Position numbers and translations under genes: made by a program
The notes under the pieces: generated by a model
Told to the model about the DNA's origin: nothing
Database searches by the model: none
Seen by the model: only the letters and a program-made list of their open reading frames with translations
Source: Okeania sp.
GTDB lineage: Bacteria > Cyanobacteriota > Cyanobacteriia > Cyanobacteriales > Microcoleaceae
NCBI RefSeq assembly: GCF_035285525.1
Contig: NZ_JAYKGW010000079.1
Coordinates: forward strand, 1 to 16,794
Length of the DNA: 16,794 nucleotides
Direction of reading: 5' to 3'
Part shown: positions 14,594 to 16,794 of the stretch, in pieces
Layout: the number at the start of each line of letters is the position of its first letter
Numbering within the stretch: position 1 is the first letter of the stretch

Positions 14594-16513
14594 ATGGCTT
14601 TCACAGAATTTGATCCAACAGTAAACTCAGTAGAAGATTTAGTCGATGCCATCCTCGCCCCTGGGGCTACCTTGACACCTAAACCTGGTTCAATAAACTT
14701 TGCAGGTGCTGTTGTTCCAGACTCTCCTACCGTTGGTGAAACTTCTCTATTTGGCATTGGTCAAACCTCATTCTATGATGGTAGTCTGGATTTAGGATTT
14801 GCTTCAATTGATTCCGGCATTTTACTCACATCTGGTGATGGCTCTCCCCCCGAAGAAAATACTTTCTCTAGTTATGGTGAGCATCAACTGGGGAATACTG
14901 ATGCTGACCTCCAAACTGTAGCTAACAGTGCTTTTGCTGGAGCTGGTACAGTTCAAGATGCAAATATTCTAGAGTTTAAATTTGACATCAAAAATCCTAG
15001 CGTCAAGTCCATAAGCTTTGATTTGGTTTTTGGTTCTGATGAGTTCCCTGAGTTCTCCGACAGCTCATTTGTAGATGTAGCTGGGGTCTTCGTTAATGGT
15101 ACCAATGTTGCTTTGTTCAACAATGATTTGACTCAACCCTTAAGTGTGATTAGTAAAAATCTGACTTTGGGTAACTTCATTAATAACGATACAGCTAGCT
15201 TTTTTCCCATTGAATATGATACAGCTAGCATTCTTCCCATTGAATATGATACAGATAGCATTCTTCCCATTGAATATGATATAGATAGCTTTTTTCCCAT
15301 TGAAGATGATACAGATAGCTTTTTTCCCATTGAAGATGATACAGATAGCTTTTTTCCCATTGAAGATGATACAGCTAGCATTCTTCCCATTGAAGATGAT
15401 ACAGCTAGCATTCTTCCCATTGAAGATGATACAGCTAGCATTCTTCCCATTGAATATGATGGAGTTAGCTCTGTTCTCAGTATTATTGCTCCTGTGGAAC
15501 CAGGAGAAAATACACTCAAATTTGCCGTTGGGGATACTGGCGATCAAGTTTTAGATTCAGGTCTGTTTATTGCTAACCTTGATACCAGCACATTAGATGT
15601 AGGAGGAGTTAGTAGTTCTGGCGGTGGCAGTGGTATTTTAATTTCAGTTACAGAACCTAACAGTGATAATATTCTAGCCAGTGGTGACTTAACAGTTGCT
15701 CTAGCTGAGTTCTTTAAGGCTGGTGATACTGATGATGTGGTTAATGCTGGTCCAGGAAATGATGTGGTCGATACTGGACTTGGTGATGATGTAATCAATG
15801 CTGGTCCTGGTGATGATGTGGTTGATGCTGGTCCTGGTAATGATGTGGTTAATGCTGGCCCTGGTAATGATTCAGCGACTACAGGTCTGGGTAATGATAA
15901 ACTCAGAGGTAGTGATGATGATGATACTTTAAAAGGTGGTCCTGGTCAAGACACTCTTAGTGGTGGTAACGGTGAAGACGATCTCAGGGGCGGAGGAGAT
16001 AACGACAAATTAATGGGAAATGCTGATGCTGACATTTTGCAAGGTAATTCTGGCAATGATATCTTGCTAGGGGGTACTGGTGATGATACTCTTCTGGGGG
16101 GTATTGGTCGCGATCGCCTTAACGGTGGACCAGGAAATGATGTCCTCACAGGTAATGCTAGTATTGACCGCTTTATCTTTAACAGTAATAAAGCATTTAA
16201 CCGCAATGATTTTGGTATAGATGAAGTTACTGATTTTTCACAAGGCGCAAGAGATATTATTATCCTAGACCTCGATAGTTTCACTGCTATCAACAGCGAG
16301 TCGGGAAGAGGTTTCAGCATTGCAACAGAGTTTGATACAGTGAATAGCGATGAAGATGCAGCAACTGCTGATGCAGTAATTGTATATAATGAGAGCAATG
16401 GTAATTTATTCTATAATCCTAATGGTAGTGCACCAAACTTTGGCAGTGGTGGTCAGTTTGCTACTTTAACAGCCAGTCCATCATTAGATGCTGAAGATTT
16501 CTTCCTCAGATAG
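14594..16513 (+). CDS. Choice-of-anchor-L-domain protein with internal 10-aa repeat array and C-terminal RTX Ca-binding repeats
   Basis: 639 aa, AGGAG Shine-Dalgarno 9 nt upstream. The N-terminal ~330 aa match my recollection of the choice-of-anchor L family: SIDSGILLTSGDG, DANILEFKF, FDLVFGSDEFPEFSDSSFVDVAGVFVNG, PIEYDGVSSVL, LKFAVGDTGDQVLDSGLFIANL. A G/S linker follows, then nonapeptide repeats (AGPGNDVVN, GGxGxDxL) and an RTX-type C-terminal cap. No N-terminal signal peptide. Confidence 0.85.
   Translation: MAFTEFDPTVNSVEDLVDAILAPGATLTPKPGSINFAGAVVPDSPTVGETSLFGIGQTSFYDGSLDLGFASIDSGILLTSGDGSPPEENTFSSYGEHQLGNTDADLQTVANSAFAGAGTVQDANILEFKFDIKNPSVKSISFDLVFGSDEFPEFSDSSFVDVAGVFVNGTNVALFNNDLTQPLSVISKNLTLGNFINNDTASFFPIEYDTASILPIEYDTDSILPIEYDIDSFFPIEDDTDSFFPIEDDTDSFFPIEDDTASILPIEDDTASILPIEDDTASILPIEYDGVSSVLSIIAPVEPGENTLKFAVGDTGDQVLDSGLFIANLDTSTLDVGGVSSSGGGSGILISVTEPNSDNILASGDLTVALAEFFKAGDTDDVVNAGPGNDVVDTGLGDDVINAGPGDDVVDAGPGNDVVNAGPGNDSATTGLGNDKLRGSDDDDTLKGGPGQDTLSGGNGEDDLRGGGDNDKLMGNADADILQGNSGNDILLGGTGDDTLLGGIGRDRLNGGPGNDVLTGNASIDRFIFNSNKAFNRNDFGIDEVTDFSQGARDIIILDLDSFTAINSESGRGFSIATEFDTVNSDEDAATADAVIVYNESNGNLFYNPNGSAPNFGSGGQFATLTASPSLDAEDFFLR
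15188..15457 (+). repeat. 30-bp in-frame tandem repeat x9 (D-T-[AD]-S-[FF/IL]-P-I-E-[YD])
   Basis: Units start at 15188, 15218, ... 15428. A diverged tenth unit occupies 15458-15487. Read directly from the sequence. Confidence 0.95.
15731..15892 (+). repeat. 27-bp tandem repeat x6 encoding RTX-like nonapeptides (D/N)DVV(N/D)AGPG
   Basis: gatgatgtggttaatgctggtccagga and five further units of exact 27-nt period. Confidence 0.9.
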
Positions 16514-16794
16514 CGATCGATCTAGAGTTGGAAACAAACCCGGTTTCTTGAAGAAACCGGGTTTGTGGAAAGTGAAATTAGTTCCTTGAACTTTAGCTTG
16601 GAGCTAAGGAATTTATTCCTTGGTGGTTTGAGCTGATGTGCTTCCTCAGACTCTAGAGCTGAGAACAAACCCGGTTTCTTCAACGGATTTGTGGAAAGTG
16701 AAATTAGTTCCTTGAACTTTAGCTTGGAGCTAAGGAATTTATTCCTTGGTGGTTTGAGCTGATGTGCTTCCTCAGACTCTAGAGCTGAGAACAA
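16501..16794 (+). repeat. Tandem repeat, 126-131-bp period, at least 2.2 units, runs off the window
   Basis: GTGGAAAGTGAAATTAGTTCCTTGAACTTTAGCTTGGAGCTAAGGAATTTATTCCTTGGTGGTTTGAGCTGATGTGCTTCCTCAGACTCTAGAGCTGAGAACAAACCCGGTTTCTT repeats (GTGGAAAGTG at 16565 and 16691). CTTCCTCAGA at 16501-16510 (the last codons of the CDS) matches the unit boundary. Confidence 0.85.
16534..16566 (+). terminator. Perfect 14-bp stem / 5-nt loop hairpin 21 nt after the stop codon (possible terminator or RNA-stabilising element)
   Basis: ACAAACCCGGTTTC-TTGAA-GAAACCGGGTTTGT. No downstream U-tract. It is part of the tandem repeat below. Confidence 0.4.

Noticed and set aside
15133-15554. ORFs 15133..15519 -, 15140..15547 - and 15300..15554 +
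   Set aside because: They are artefacts of the 30-bp tandem array, which lacks stop codons in these frames. They sit inside the 639-aa CDS.
15544-16398. Minus-strand ORFs 15544..15798 and 15946..16398
   Set aside because: They are antisense to the RTX-repeat coding DNA and give S/P-rich low-complexity translations.
16522-16794. 90-aa minus-strand ORF with an internally duplicated sequence
   Set aside because: Its duplication simply mirrors the 126-131-bp tandem repeat. It could continue beyond the window, so it cannot be excluded completely, but nothing supports it as coding.
15188-16794. CRISPR-like interpretation of the 30-bp, 27-bp and 126-bp arrays (and of the dispersed palindromes at 6463-9486)
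   Set aside because: The arrays are head-to-tail with no unique spacers, and two of them are in frame inside a CDS. The palindromes are irregularly spaced with genes between them. No cas genes are present.

Overview
AT-rich cyanobacterial chromosomal segment. It looks Nostocales-like: HIP1 GCGATCGC sites, heptameric STRR-type repeats and dense small dispersed repeats. All product calls are motif recognition by eye; no search was run. Left to right: an Rrf2-family regulator, cobD/cbiB, pyrR, then a nitrate-assimilation cluster nirA - unknown membrane-anchored ORF - nrtP. A canonical NtcA-type promoter sits about 575 nt upstream of nirA. No narB or nrtABCD is present in the window. The right half holds two divergently transcribed Ca-binding RTX-repeat proteins. 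One is a 917-aa RTX/cadherin-like protein on the minus strand. The other is a 639-aa choice-of-anchor-L + RTX protein on the plus strand. No type I secretion genes are visible. Almost every intergenic spacer is filled with repeats: nested MITE-like elements with AGGACTTACGCA-type termini, a 12-bp-stem palindromic element family, heptamer arrays and three larger tandem repeats. I see no rRNA, tRNA, CRISPR array, transposase or recognisable defence system, and I cannot support a clearly novel multi-gene system. The most unusual items are: (1) an in-frame 30-bp x9 tandem array that amplifies an internal strand of the choice-of-anchor-L domain; (2) the apparently fused two-module RTX protein; (3) the uncharacterised ORF embedded in the nir cluster; (4) repeat elements that overlap the start codon, Shine-Dalgarno site or stop codon of neighbouring genes.
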